A stretch of DNA of 64,000 nucleotides from a virus (taxonomy: Duplodnaviria; Caudoviricetes): IMG/VR virus record IMGVR_UViG_3300027286_000002. One strand, given 5' to 3'. The position numbers and the translations under genes are program-made. This document shows, one piece after another, positions 18,810-28,958 of the stretch (its first letter is position 1; the number at the start of each line of letters is the position of its first letter). The notes beneath the pieces are model-generated. The model was not told the DNA's origin. It saw only the letters and a program-made list of their open reading frames with translations, and did not search any database.

Positions 18810-19613
18810 ATGGATTTAAGAGATAATTTTAAGAGTAGGTGTCCTGTCAGATATAATTCTGATGGTACACATTGGTATTGCAAAAGACAACTTAGTGAAA
18901 AGCAAGAGATTGAGAATAAGACTTGTAATTATTCCAGATGTCCGGGCAGAGAATTAACAGAAGAAGAAGAAACTGCTCGCTTACTTGAAATTGAATCTAA
19001 GATGAAAGATACCAAGAAAGAGGTTACTAAAGATCCTATGGATGCACTTATTAGAAGAATGAAAAGAGAACTCGAACGAATTGAGGCTGAAGAACATAAC
19101 TTTAAGAAGTGTGATATTAAAGTAAACGATAAGAATAAATGGTTTTGTAAAAAGAATATGGATAGTGCTTTATCTATGGATGAGAAAGAATGTTATCGTG
19201 ATGGTTGTCCCGGTCGTAAAGCAACCTATGAAGAAGAAAAAGAAGAGAGTATTAGAAAAGAAAAAGTTCAGAAAGAACTGACTGCATTACAAAAGAAAAC
19301 TAAGAAACCTATTGTTAATAAGCAACCACCTGTGGTTATTGAAGATTTACCTAAGCCTATTGTTATAGTAGAAGAACCTATTGTAATAGTAGAAGAGCAG
19401 GTAGTAATAGTAGAGCAGGCTTCACCTTTAGAAAATCCTATTGTAGAACCTGTATTAAAGAAGTGTGAATGGCATATCTGTCCAAACTACTTTGAAGCTG
19501 GTGGTAAAAAAGAAAAGTTTTGTTGCGAACGATGTAGACGAAAAGATAATAGATTAAAATCAAGACGAAGGTGTGCTTTAAGAAAGAAAGAGATCTCTGC
19601 CAAAGGATTGTAG
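18810..19613 (+). CDS. Cys-rich multi-zinc-finger protein
   Basis: Two C-x10/11-W[YF]CK-x12/14-C-x4-CPGR-type repeats and a C-terminal CxxxxC...FCCERCR. Confidence 0.65.
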   Translation: MDLRDNFKSRCPVRYNSDGTHWYCKRQLSEKQEIENKTCNYSRCPGRELTEEEETARLLEIESKMKDTKKEVTKDPMDALIRRMKRELERIEAEEHNFKKCDIKVNDKNKWFCKKNMDSALSMDEKECYRDGCPGRKATYEEEKEESIRKEKVQKELTALQKKTKKPIVNKQPPVVIEDLPKPIVIVEEPIVIVEEQVVIVEQASPLENPIVEPVLKKCEWHICPNYFEAGGKKEKFCCERCRRKDNRLKSRRRCALRKKEISAKGL

Positions 19614-20546
19614 TTTTTTAGTCATTCTTTCTAAATACAATCTCAACCTTCTTTCAGGCATATCTATTGCTTTTGACCATGCAGAAACACTTGGATATTT
19701 TTGATAAAGTTTATCTAAATATAATTGATTGTAAAACTCATACTCATCAGGGAATTTAACTTTTAAACATTCAAGTACTTTTTGATTTAATTGTTTTTCT
19801 CTAATCGTCAAATCAAAATCTTCTTCTTGATGTTCATTAAACATATCTAAAACTTGACCTTCATCATTTTTTACTTGTCTTGCTACTACAGGTGCTTCAA
19901 ACACAGGTTCAATACCTAAATTTCTTTTTGCTAATTGTGCTTGTGTTCTTGAACCTTCTTTTTCTCTTGAAAGTGCATCTTTACCTTGTTTATGTCCAAA
20001 ACGAACTAACCATTGTGTAAAGTGATACCATACTGCACCTACTTTAATATTGTTTTCTTTTTCTAATTCAGATCGCAAATGGTCTATTTCTACCATCCAT
20101 ACCATAAAATCTCTTACTCGATCTACTTGATCGCATAATGGGATTTTATAATAAGTTGCTGTTCTTAAATTTTTGATCAGTTCAGTTTCAATTTTTTCAA
20201 ACCTATTAAATGCAGGATGAAAAATCCATTGTTCTGTCAAATTCACTTCTTGTACTTTTTTAGTGTATCTAGGTTTTTCAGATACTACTTCTTTAGTAGT
20301 CAATTCTTTAGTAATGATTACTTCTTTATCATCGGATTGAATTTCTTGTGATTGAATTTCTTGTGATAGTTTTTCATTCAAGTTTGCTTTTCTTTGTTCA
20401 ATCATTGAATAAAATTCATCATCATCACTTACTTGACTTTGTTCAATTTGAACAGTTTCTTTTTCATCATTATAAATTTCATCATCAAGTAAATTAAGAT
20501 CAAAACAGTTTAAATCGGATAAAATAAGATTTCTTAGAGATAGCAT
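19578..20546 (-). CDS. putative divergent sigma-like / HTH transcription factor
   Basis: Acidic N-terminus, aromatic helix (WYHFTQWLVR) like sigma region 2, C-terminal HTH-like SVSAWSKAIDMPERRLRLYL; function inferred. Confidence 0.35.
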   Translation of the reverse strand: MLSLRNLILSDLNCFDLNLLDDEIYNDEKETVQIEQSQVSDDDEFYSMIEQRKANLNEKLSQEIQSQEIQSDDKEVIITKELTTKEVVSEKPRYTKKVQEVNLTEQWIFHPAFNRFEKIETELIKNLRTATYYKIPLCDQVDRVRDFMVWMVEIDHLRSELEKENNIKVGAVWYHFTQWLVRFGHKQGKDALSREKEGSRTQAQLAKRNLGIEPVFEAPVVARQVKNDEGQVLDMFNEHQEEDFDLTIREKQLNQKVLECLKVKFPDEYEFYNQLYLDKLYQKYPSVSAWSKAIDMPERRLRLYLERMTKKLQSFGRDLFLS

Positions 20547-20697
20547 TGTATTACTCCGTAAGGGTTATGTTTTTGTAGATAGGCAATAATGACAAGTTTT
20601 TTGTTTCAAAGGTCGTGCCTAATTTCTTTCAATAGTTTATCTATTTTCTATCAGTTTGTCAATACCAAATCGCTTTTTAATGAAAGGTTTTTTAAAA

Positions 20698-22035
20698 ATG
20701 AGTTTAATCAAAAAAGCACATAGTTTGCTCCTACAAGCAAGAAATGAAACAAATCCTAGAAAAGCAATGCTTTTAAAAAAAGCATCTGCTACTACATATA
20801 ATGAAATGATTGCTTTTGCTTATATTTATGGTGTCATTACTCAAGATGATGATATTGATAATGTTACTCAAGCTATGGCAACAGGTGGTGATAATTTTGA
20901 AAATGGCATCATTAAGCTAATCTCTAAAACACAAGGTATTAGTTTTAGAAATATCTCTGTAGCTAGAAAACTTGCCACTGAATTTTTTAATGCTAGTCAA
21001 TTGGGAAACCAAAGATTTTATGAAAAGATGATCAAAGATTTTACCTATACTTTAAAAAGTGTAGATAAAGCTGAAGATGCTGTCCATAATATCCTAGCAG
21101 GTTTCAATCCTGTTACTCAAACTGCTTATCAAAAAGTAGAAGCTAAAAATGCTTTTGCTCATGCTGGAAAAGAACATAGTGTTTTACCTGCTCTTTTCCA
21201 AAAGACTGTAGAAGAACTTAAAGTTAATTCTTTAACTTCTATACCTAATAAATATCAAGATTGTGTAAACAGTATTCTTTCCACCATCACTCTTTATAAT
21301 AACAGACTAAAATTTAATAGTCGTGGCAAAGGTCTTACTCAAACTGAGAACTTTTCTGCTTTAACTAAAAATGATGATGAAACATCTACTCCTTTTGAGA
21401 ATAAACTTAAAGATAAAGATCTAAATCCTGAACAAATTGCTGGATCTATGATTACTGAAAATACTTTAGATCGTCTTATTGAACTTTTCAAATTAGGTTA
21501 TGGTTGGAAATCTATCAGAACTCCTGCTAAACAAAGAAGAGCAATTTCTCATATTCTTTTCTCTATGAAATTAGCTTATAGCAATCTTTCATCTTTAATC
21601 AGTACCAAAGACGATATGAAACTATATAGCCAATTAGCTTATCCTGCACAGAAACTTTTTGAAGAAGGTCGTGTTATTAGAGATACTAAATTAGCTGATA
21701 GTCTTGAAAACCTTAGCATTGCTGTTAATCAAGCTGATGCTCTTGATGAATTTTCAGAATTTATTGTTGCTGTCATTAATCTTTATGAATCCATTAATCC
21801 TACCGATGACATTACTGAATCTGTTGGTGAAAAAGCATGGGATAAAGCATTTTCTTCTTTCTTTCAAGAAATTGGTCAAGATATTGAAGCTATTAGTTCT
21901 GAAACTCCTCTTTTAATTCCTTCTGCACATAGTCTTATTGATAATATCGCACCTATTTTCAAACAAGGTTCTCAAAAGAAAGCATCTCTTAAATCAAGAG
22001 TAGCCTCTTTACTTAGACGATATAATCAAATCTAA
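20698..22035 (+). CDS. hypothetical helical protein, possible head-internal protein
   Basis: ATG 20698 after GAAAGGT; KKA/RVAS tags at both termini. Confidence 0.65.
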   Translation: MSLIKKAHSLLLQARNETNPRKAMLLKKASATTYNEMIAFAYIYGVITQDDDIDNVTQAMATGGDNFENGIIKLISKTQGISFRNISVARKLATEFFNASQLGNQRFYEKMIKDFTYTLKSVDKAEDAVHNILAGFNPVTQTAYQKVEAKNAFAHAGKEHSVLPALFQKTVEELKVNSLTSIPNKYQDCVNSILSTITLYNNRLKFNSRGKGLTQTENFSALTKNDDETSTPFENKLKDKDLNPEQIAGSMITENTLDRLIELFKLGYGWKSIRTPAKQRRAISHILFSMKLAYSNLSSLISTKDDMKLYSQLAYPAQKLFEEGRVIRDTKLADSLENLSIAVNQADALDEFSEFIVAVINLYESINPTDDITESVGEKAWDKAFSSFFQEIGQDIEAISSETPLLIPSAHSLIDNIAPIFKQGSQKKASLKSRVASLLRRYNQI

Positions 22036-22830
22036 TGGTGCATTAGATAATCCCAATAAGATTATCTGATCTAACTTTGATAACCTTTTCATTCGCTTAT
22101 AATACTTATTAATCTTTCCCATATCACCTATTATTGAATGTGCATACTTTATAGCTTTCGCAGGACATGGTTTACTTGTATTGCCATAATTGTAATGACA
22201 TAATAACTGCACCATGTTCTTCTTATATATATTAGCATATGTCTGTATTGCTATTATGCCTGCTTTCTCTAAATCACATTCCACATACTCACAATTTTCT
22301 GTATCACAGTAAATCTCTTGACACTGTTCATCATAATAGTGATTGGTCTTTAACTTCTTTTTCTTTTTACAAGTTCTTTGGATATTCGGAATAAATAAAA
22401 CATCTGTTTTACTTTGCCAATCATCTCTACCTGTCTGTAGCTTGCACCACCATTTAGGTATTACCTGCATGATACCTAAACTTGGACTACCTTTTATTTC
22501 TTCCTTATCCAATCTTGCAATTTTATTTGCCTGTGTATGTTTAGATATTGATGGTTTAGATATTTTACCTATGCCACCTACGATTTTACGAGCAAACTTA
22601 CTTTCATGTTTTGCTACTGCTATGGCTAATATAGGATCTACATTTTCCCTTAATGCTAAATTACCTATCTCAACACAAGCACGGATTCGATCTCTTTTAG
22701 CATCCTGTATATCCAAACTTATCTCTACTAAAGAATTATTATAAACACTAGGATAAGTTTTTTCTATACTCATACCATTAACAAGCATCACACAAGTTAA
22801 GATGATCTCATTTATGGTATTATATATCAT
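22009..22830 (-). CDS. lytic transglycosylase (SLT domain)
   Basis: AIAVAKHESKF (catalytic Glu), SLGIMQV and HYNYG motifs. Confidence 0.8.
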   Translation of the reverse strand: MIYNTINEIILTCVMLVNGMSIEKTYPSVYNNSLVEISLDIQDAKRDRIRACVEIGNLALRENVDPILAIAVAKHESKFARKIVGGIGKISKPSISKHTQANKIARLDKEEIKGSPSLGIMQVIPKWWCKLQTGRDDWQSKTDVLFIPNIQRTCKKKKKLKTNHYYDEQCQEIYCDTENCEYVECDLEKAGIIAIQTYANIYKKNMVQLLCHYNYGNTSKPCPAKAIKYAHSIIGDMGKINKYYKRMKRLSKLDQIILLGLSNAPLDLIISSK

Positions 22831-22857
22831 TTCCTTGCACCTTCAACATTTATCCTC

Positions 22858-23958
22858 CTATGAGAATAATGGTTCTACTTTGAGTGCTGTCCTTTCTGCA
22901 TTTAGCTTTTCTAAAATATGAAAAAGCACAAGTTGATGGAAAGGTCGCACTGACTTCATTGTAAAGTTTTTAAATTCATACTGATTGATTTTAGTCTTGT
23001 TCGCTTGGTCTAAAACAAGATCTTCAAAATCTTTCGTGTACACTATTCCTTTCTTTGAACAGTACTCTTGTACCATTTCTCTAAATGATACATCTTCATT
23101 ATACATTGTCAAGACTACATCTCTATATACGATTTCACAAAAGCCTTTGCTTACATCTAAAGCATCCACTGATGTGAAACCTTTATCTTTCGTTGTAGCT
23201 GTCTTTGACACATACTCACTACCTATATTATACTTAATCAATAAATTATTGACTTCATCACTTAACTCAGTAATGACTTCTTTAGGTAGCATCCAATTTT
23301 CAACTGCACCATTTCTTGTAATCGCACACTTGACATTCATCCATTCTTGGATGGTCATCATTTTTTGATCCTGTGGTGTGTACTCCTTTAATAAATACTT
23401 TCTTAAAGTTTCTAATAAAGCTACTACACAACCATTGCTCTTTTCAAAGACCTGTCTTGTGCTTGGTGAAATTGTTGTGATTGTAGATTGTGATGTACGA
23501 TCATAACCTTTACCTAATAAGGTAGCTGAAATTGTGCCTGATGCTCCTCGCATTCTGCTGTTAGCTGAAGACCAATCTACACCTAAACACATTAGAAAAT
23601 CTTCAATTTCTAATCCTTGTGGATAGCTTGGATTTTCATAAACACTGACAAACTTTTCAATATCAAAAGTAATGCCAAATCTTTCTTTTACTAATTGCCA
23701 TAAATCTGTAGAAACTGTTTTTTCTACAACAACAGAAACTTGTGGTACAATTTCATCTTTTTTATCAGATGATCCATTTAAATTGTTGAAAAGTGATTTC
23801 AAATCATTTAAGTTAAAACCTAATTCGGATGCCTCCAAAAGATAACTTAAGATTTGGTCTGCTTTTTCAATGCCATGTGTGGCAATGATACCTTGATATG
23901 AATCAAAACCTAGAACTTTTAATTGTCTGGCTTTCTGAATGAATTGGATCATGTCCAT
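22858..23958 (-). CDS. hypothetical protein
   Basis: 366-aa ORF, AAAGGA SD. Confidence 0.7.
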   Translation of the reverse strand: MDMIQFIQKARQLKVLGFDSYQGIIATHGIEKADQILSYLLEASELGFNLNDLKSLFNNLNGSSDKKDEIVPQVSVVVEKTVSTDLWQLVKERFGITFDIEKFVSVYENPSYPQGLEIEDFLMCLGVDWSSANSRMRGASGTISATLLGKGYDRTSQSTITTISPSTRQVFEKSNGCVVALLETLRKYLLKEYTPQDQKMMTIQEWMNVKCAITRNGAVENWMLPKEVITELSDEVNNLLIKYNIGSEYVSKTATTKDKGFTSVDALDVSKGFCEIVYRDVVLTMYNEDVSFREMVQEYCSKKGIVYTKDFEDLVLDQANKTKINQYEFKNFTMKSVRPFHQLVLFHILEKLNAERTALKVEPLFS

Positions 23959-24004
23959 TTTCTCTTAATCCTTTTTTTATACGATAAAGAAAGTAGGTGC
24001 TACT

Positions 24005-24760
24005 TTGTTAGAAGAGCAATATACTTATATGAAATTAAATCATGGTGGACACAAAGTTGTAAAAAAAGATGATAAATTTATCATCGATTCTCTTGAACTC
24101 ACTGCCAAAGAATTTAAAAAGAAATTTGGCAAAATCCCTGAACTCTATTTTGAAGTTAAATTGCCTGTCTATCTCAAAGGTCTTTCCTCTATCTTTGATA
24201 TCATTAAAACTAAACCTGTTATTGAAGAAGATATTAAACCTAAACGAAAATTAGGTGTAGATGTTGATGCTAAAGCAAACGATATTAAATCTATCTTCTA
24301 TAAACACTTTGCCAAAATGTGTATCCAATCTAAATATGATCCTGAAGAAATGCTACAGGAAATCTATTTAGGTATTCTACATCGCAATAAAGGTAACTGT
24401 CCTTTTGATCCTGCTAAATCTTCTTTATCTACATATATTGTTATGGTTAGCAGATGTATTCTCTTTAATATCTTCAATAAAGAAAATAAGACAAGAGCAA
24501 GGATTTTTGATCCCAAAGAAAAAGATGATTTGTTTAGACTTATTAAAGATAACCATGACTTTGACACTAAATTCCTAATAGAAGAAGCTAGAAATCTTTG
24601 TAAAACTGAAGATATGAAAAATGTTTTTGATCAAATGTTGCTTGGATATAATATAAGCCAAATCTCTAGCAACCTTAAAATCGAAAACAGGAAAGTCAGT
24701 GAAATGACTTCCAAAATTAAGAAAACTATTTCACCTTTGTTTAACAAGGATATTGATTAA
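24005..24760 (+). CDS. RNA polymerase sigma factor (ECF-like)
   Basis: Region 2 DPEEMLQEIY...FDPAKSSLSTYI and region 4 GYNISQISSNLKI. Confidence 0.8.
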   Translation: MLEEQYTYMKLNHGGHKVVKKDDKFIIDSLELTAKEFKKKFGKIPELYFEVKLPVYLKGLSSIFDIIKTKPVIEEDIKPKRKLGVDVDAKANDIKSIFYKHFAKMCIQSKYDPEEMLQEIYLGILHRNKGNCPFDPAKSSLSTYIVMVSRCILFNIFNKENKTRARIFDPKEKDDLFRLIKDNHDFDTKFLIEEARNLCKTEDMKNVFDQMLLGYNISQISSNLKIENRKVSEMTSKIKKTISPLFNKDID

Positions 24761-24763
24761 GAT

Positions 24764-25366
24764 ATGCTTACCTTCTTTTACTCCACTATTAATGCAGGCA
24801 AAACTGCTAATCTTATTTTATCTGCCCATGCCTGCTCTCAAAGAAATATTAAATACTTGATCTTTGTACCTGCTGTTGCATCAGGTAGAGATGGTTTTAA
24901 TAAAGTCAGTTCAAGAATTGGCATACATCAAGATGCCATCTCTATTGATGAAAATGATAACCTTTATGAAATGGTATCTACACAGATCATTACAAAAAAT
25001 ATAGATAGCAATCCTTTACAGATTGTCTTTGTAGATGAATCTCAATTTCTCACTGCTAAACAAGTAGCACAGCTCACTCAAATCTGTGATATATATAATG
25101 TGCAAGTTCATGCTTATGGTTTAAGAACTGATTTTAAAGGCGAACCTTTTGAAGCAAGTAAATATCTTTTAGCTTGGTCGGATCATATTAGAGAAGTTGA
25201 AACATGGGCAGAAAATAGCAACACTGCTGAAAAAGCATTGATGAATATTAAACTAGATGAACACGGTAAACGAATTACTAATGGTGATTCCGTGTCTGTT
25301 GGTTTTGCATATAAAGCTGTTTCTAGATCTGAATTTAATATCTATAAACATTGGAATAAGAAATAA
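24764..25366 (+). CDS. tdk: thymidine kinase
   Basis: STINAGKT P-loop, VDESQFL and YGLRTDFKGEPF motifs. Confidence 0.92.
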   Translation: MLTFFYSTINAGKTANLILSAHACSQRNIKYLIFVPAVASGRDGFNKVSSRIGIHQDAISIDENDNLYEMVSTQIITKNIDSNPLQIVFVDESQFLTAKQVAQLTQICDIYNVQVHAYGLRTDFKGEPFEASKYLLAWSDHIREVETWAENSNTAEKALMNIKLDEHGKRITNGDSVSVGFAYKAVSRSEFNIYKHWNKK

Positions 25367-25412
25367 TACTTTTATTTTGTATTCTCTTATATATAGAAAG
25401 GGAATACATAAA

Positions 25413-25736
25413 ATGGCTGTCTATAATAATAAAAGCAAAGGCATGAATTTTTGGATTAGACCAACAGGACAAAACACTTTAAAAGGTGTTGAGGATAATG
25501 AATTTAATCCACCTGTTTTACCTGCTACTCTTATTCAAGAATTACTCAGCGATTATCCTGATGCTCGTAAAGGTTTCTTAGAACTTTTACCTACCATGTT
25601 GCCTGAAGAACAAGAAAGACTACAAGCTATTGTAGATGATTGTCCTAATGTCATGAAAGACAAACCTAATCACCAGCAACTTGAAGATAACTTTCAATCC
25701 AAATTAAACAAACCTGTGATTAGATTTCCAAAATGA
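25413..25736 (+). CDS. hypothetical protein
   Basis: ATG 25413 after GAAAGGGA is the likely start of ORF 25257-25736. Confidence 0.6.
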   Translation: MAVYNNKSKGMNFWIRPTGQNTLKGVEDNEFNPPVLPATLIQELLSDYPDARKGFLELLPTMLPEEQERLQAIVDDCPNVMKDKPNHQQLEDNFQSKLNKPVIRFPK

Positions 25737-26014
25737 TTAAAATTGATAAGATGCCACTACAATCTAAAAAGTTTATCGCATACCTTATTAGTGAGATAGG
25801 CTGGAAGATTACTTTATTTTACTTGCTATGGAAAATTCAAGGTCAAATTGATCCATCTGATCTCACTCTTTTAATTACCATTGTCTTAACAAGTGGTTTT
25901 ATTCAGATAGGTTATATACTTGGTCAAACTGCTTTAGATAAATATGTACAAATGTCTTTAAGAGATGATGACGATGATGACGATGATGATGATAAGAAAC
26001 CTACTGCAAAATAG
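25733..26014 (+). CDS. small membrane protein, holin-like
   Basis: Two hydrophobic helices and a highly charged poly-Asp/Lys tail. Confidence 0.45.
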   Translation: MIKIDKMPLQSKKFIAYLISEIGWKITLFYLLWKIQGQIDPSDLTLLITIVLTSGFIQIGYILGQTALDKYVQMSLRDDDDDDDDDDKKPTAK

Positions 26015-26543
26015 GTGATACACCTAAATCATAATGAACTAAACTTTTAAAGAATGGTGACATCATAGCATTTTCTAAAATCTCATCTTCTGTTCTTTTA
26101 ATAACAAGTCCATCATCTGTCTTTTCAATATTGCCTAAAAACACTTTGGCAAAATTATCTACTGTCACAAATAAAACTACAACACCATTTCCGTGCTTTA
26201 CTTCTTTGGTATCTAAATCCCTTCTTGTATATCCTGTTTCACAGACTACCATATATCCAATAGGTTTTCTATAATCCACGATATTACGAATGATGCCACT
26301 CCAATCTTTCTTTGAATACTTTAAATATGTCATTTGACCATCTTCAAAATCTAAGAAATATGGTAGATCAGGTGATAAAGTGTTAATATCATCTTCATCT
26401 TCAGGTGTTAAAGTTACCAAAAATGCAGGCATAGGATTTTCAGCAGACCACTCTGCACTCTTATCCCAATTGTTTAAGAAACTCTCTGCTAATCCCATTG
26501 TCCAATCAATCGTTTGATCTACAAAATTATCTTTATCACTCAT
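26001..26543 (-). CDS. hypothetical protein
   Basis: 180-aa ORF, AAGGA SD. Confidence 0.65.
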   Translation of the reverse strand: MSDKDNFVDQTIDWTMGLAESFLNNWDKSAEWSAENPMPAFLVTLTPEDEDDINTLSPDLPYFLDFEDGQMTYLKYSKKDWSGIIRNIVDYRKPIGYMVVCETGYTRRDLDTKEVKHGNGVVVLFVTVDNFAKVFLGNIEKTDDGLVIKRTEDEILENAMMSPFFKSLVHYDLGVSPILQ

Positions 26544-26595
26544 TTTAGTTAAATCCTTGTTTAAAGAGATGTGAAAGGTATTATGTCTTATAATA

Positions 26596-27753
26596 TTAAA
26601 ATAAAGTATTCATAGGTTCTACTTGAATTTTATTTTTTACTTTACCTTTGCTCCATACAAACATAGGCTCATAAATTACATCTTCACTTGTTGTATGTTC
26701 GCCCGGTCTTGACTGCATACCATATCCAATCACACCTTCATATGTATATCCCAACTTTAAAGCATGATCTAACATCTGTTTACAAAATGGTGTTTTAGAT
26801 ACATCATTAATATTTAAAATAAGACGACCACCATCTTGCAACCAATCATATGACTTTGCCATGACTTTAAATAAAAATCCATTAAGCCATCTTTCTACAC
26901 TGCTACCATATCTTTTCCACGACTGTGTTGATTCTTCTGAATATCTTTCACGATCAAAATAAGGTGGTGATGTAAAAACCATATCAAATTGATTTGGTTC
27001 TAACTCAACATCTTCAGCTGGCTGGCAAAGAAATTTTGTTTTCTTATTATGTCTATAATAATTATTAATACCTGCATAATGTGGATGCAAAGCTGTATTT
27101 GGATCAATGCCTGTATATGAATCAATATTAGATGCCAAAGCACCTACAAGTCTATCTCCCCATCCCATAGACAGATCAAGTACATTTTTACAATCAAACA
27201 TCTCATAAATAGCTTTTGCACACATAGGTGAAAATTGACTTGCTACATATCCACTTGAATTTGAGATTGTTGCTCTTAATGTCTTTGGTGATACATTCTC
27301 ACATACATTATAAAGAAACCTAAATACAGATGTTCTTTTTTCCCATGAGTTAATAGGTGATAAACCACGATCTTTAGCTTCACATTTCATTCTTTCCACC
27401 TGTGTGAAATTATCTGAACATGATCTGCCTACAAGGTTTGGCAACAAACCTAAATACCTACCATCATAAGTGAAATCAAAGGCAGGTATTTCTAGTCTAT
27501 GACTTGACCATTTGGCATAAGAGATGATGCCATAATGATGTGTATTTTTTAGCTTTGAGAACTCATCTTTTAGACCAAGTTCTGTGTATTCCTTATATGG
27601 AAAAGGAATATTATGTTTCACAATTAAAGAATGAATGTAGTTTTGCACATCATGTCTTTGATGGTGTTTTTTGATCAAATCCCAATATTGCTGGTTGATA
27701 GATAGTTTACCATCTTTAAGGAAAATATCTTCTCTTAAATAGTTTTCTTCCAT
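26596..27753 (-). CDS. DNA amino-methyltransferase (probably N4-cytosine), orphan
   Basis: VLDLSMGWGDR motif I and FTSPPYF motif IV. Confidence 0.85.
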   Translation of the reverse strand: MEENYLREDIFLKDGKLSINQQYWDLIKKHHQRHDVQNYIHSLIVKHNIPFPYKEYTELGLKDEFSKLKNTHHYGIISYAKWSSHRLEIPAFDFTYDGRYLGLLPNLVGRSCSDNFTQVERMKCEAKDRGLSPINSWEKRTSVFRFLYNVCENVSPKTLRATISNSSGYVASQFSPMCAKAIYEMFDCKNVLDLSMGWGDRLVGALASNIDSYTGIDPNTALHPHYAGINNYYRHNKKTKFLCQPAEDVELEPNQFDMVFTSPPYFDRERYSEESTQSWKRYGSSVERWLNGFLFKVMAKSYDWLQDGGRLILNINDVSKTPFCKQMLDHALKLGYTYEGVIGYGMQSRPGEHTTSEDVIYEPMFVWSKGKVKNKIQVEPMNTLF

Positions 27754-27794
27754 TTTATTCCTTTGGTTTAAAGAGTATCGTATCTTATATTATA

Positions 27795-27989
27795 TTAATA
27801 TCCGTCTTTAAACCAACCTGCTCCTTTTAATGAAAAGCTACTTGGCAATAAAATCTTTTCTAACTCACCATCACATTCTATTTTTGGTTCTACTTCTTTA
27901 CATACCTTTGGCTGTGGTGTTGAGATTGTGCTTAATCTTACTGTCACTTCTCTTTCGCATTTTTTACATTTATAGCTATACATTGGCAT
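27795..27989 (-). CDS. FmdB-family zinc-ribbon protein
   Basis: MPMYSYKCKKC...C...LEKILL...FSLKGAGWF. Confidence 0.85.
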   Translation of the reverse strand: MPMYSYKCKKCEREVTVRLSTISTPQPKVCKEVEPKIECDGELEKILLPSSFSLKGAGWFKDGY

Positions 27990-28170
27990 TTTTCTTTTTA
28001 CTCATTTCTTTGATGTAGTCATCAAGTTGTCTTAGTATTCTTCTTAAAGGATCAACATCACCATTGTCTAATCTACTGACTTTAGATTGTACAAATCGTA
28101 TCTGATTTCTAATCTCATCTAAATTCTTTTGTATTATCTTTAAATCTCTATTATTTTTTTCTTCTTCCAT
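27976..28170 (-). CDS. small coiled-coil protein
   Basis: 64-aa ORF coupled to the zinc-ribbon gene. Confidence 0.55.
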   Translation of the reverse strand: MEEEKNNRDLKIIQKNLDEIRNQIRFVQSKVSRLDNGDVDPLRRILRQLDDYIKEMSKKKNANV

Positions 28171-28182
28171 AAAGGCACTCTC

Positions 28183-28671
28183 ATGTTTGTTATTGATTAT
28201 GAACAGATTTTACAACAAGTTAGAAAACAAAGTTTTGAATATTTTACTAGAACTGCCAAAGAGATGCTAGTTTTTTGGTTTGAAGATGCCTGTAAAGATG
28301 ATCTTTTTGATTTTCCTGTAGTTTACATCTCTCTTACCTTTAAAGGTTTTAATTATGAAGAAGGCAGTCTTATCTTTACTTCAGATCCACCTGAACTTAT
28401 AAATGAGAAAGGTATCTTAGATGATAGTACATATCATATTATTCAAAATAAAATAGAAAGCAATTTAAGTACATTAAGCTATGTTTACTGTTATCAAGCA
28501 AATGGTGTTTTGCATATTCATTATGAAGATCTCAATGGTTTAATAGATTTTAAATTAAATTTTAAAGTTAATGATGATCATACTGTTAGTTTCTTTGAAG
28601 AACATACAGATGAAAATCCCATTAGGTTTAAACTGCTCGCAAACTTCTTTAAAGATGATAAACTACAATGA
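28183..28671 (+). CDS. hypothetical protein
   Basis: 162-aa ORF, AAAGG SD. Confidence 0.6.
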   Translation: MFVIDYEQILQQVRKQSFEYFTRTAKEMLVFWFEDACKDDLFDFPVVYISLTFKGFNYEEGSLIFTSDPPELINEKGILDDSTYHIIQNKIESNLSTLSYVYCYQANGVLHIHYEDLNGLIDFKLNFKVNDDHTVSFFEEHTDENPIRFKLLANFFKDDKLQ

Positions 28672-28958
28672 TTGACTTTACATATTTTGACCATAAAGGA
28701 TCTTTAGATGAGTATGATGTATTACTCACTGTTCTGGCTTATTTTGATATTTATCTAGCTAAACAAGTAGCAAGACTTTTATTTATTGAAGAAGATGAAC
28801 TTGTAGGCATATTGAAATACCATACTGACCATAAAGATATAAAACAATTTATTGACTATGCAGAGAAGAATAAAGATAAGTTCTTTTCGGAATATTTAGA
28901 TTACTTAGGTAATGATTTTATCAATAAAGATGATATTATTAAAATAATCGGTGTTTAG
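28668..28958 (+). CDS. hypothetical protein
   Basis: 96-aa ORF coupled (ATGA overlap). Confidence 0.6.
   Translation: MIDFTYFDHKGSLDEYDVLLTVLAYFDIYLAKQVARLLFIEEDELVGILKYHTDHKDIKQFIDYAEKNKDKFFSEYLDYLGNDFINKDDIIKIIGV

Noticed and set aside
25966-25995. GATGAC/GAT microsatellite
   Set aside because: It simply encodes the poly-Asp tail of the small membrane protein.
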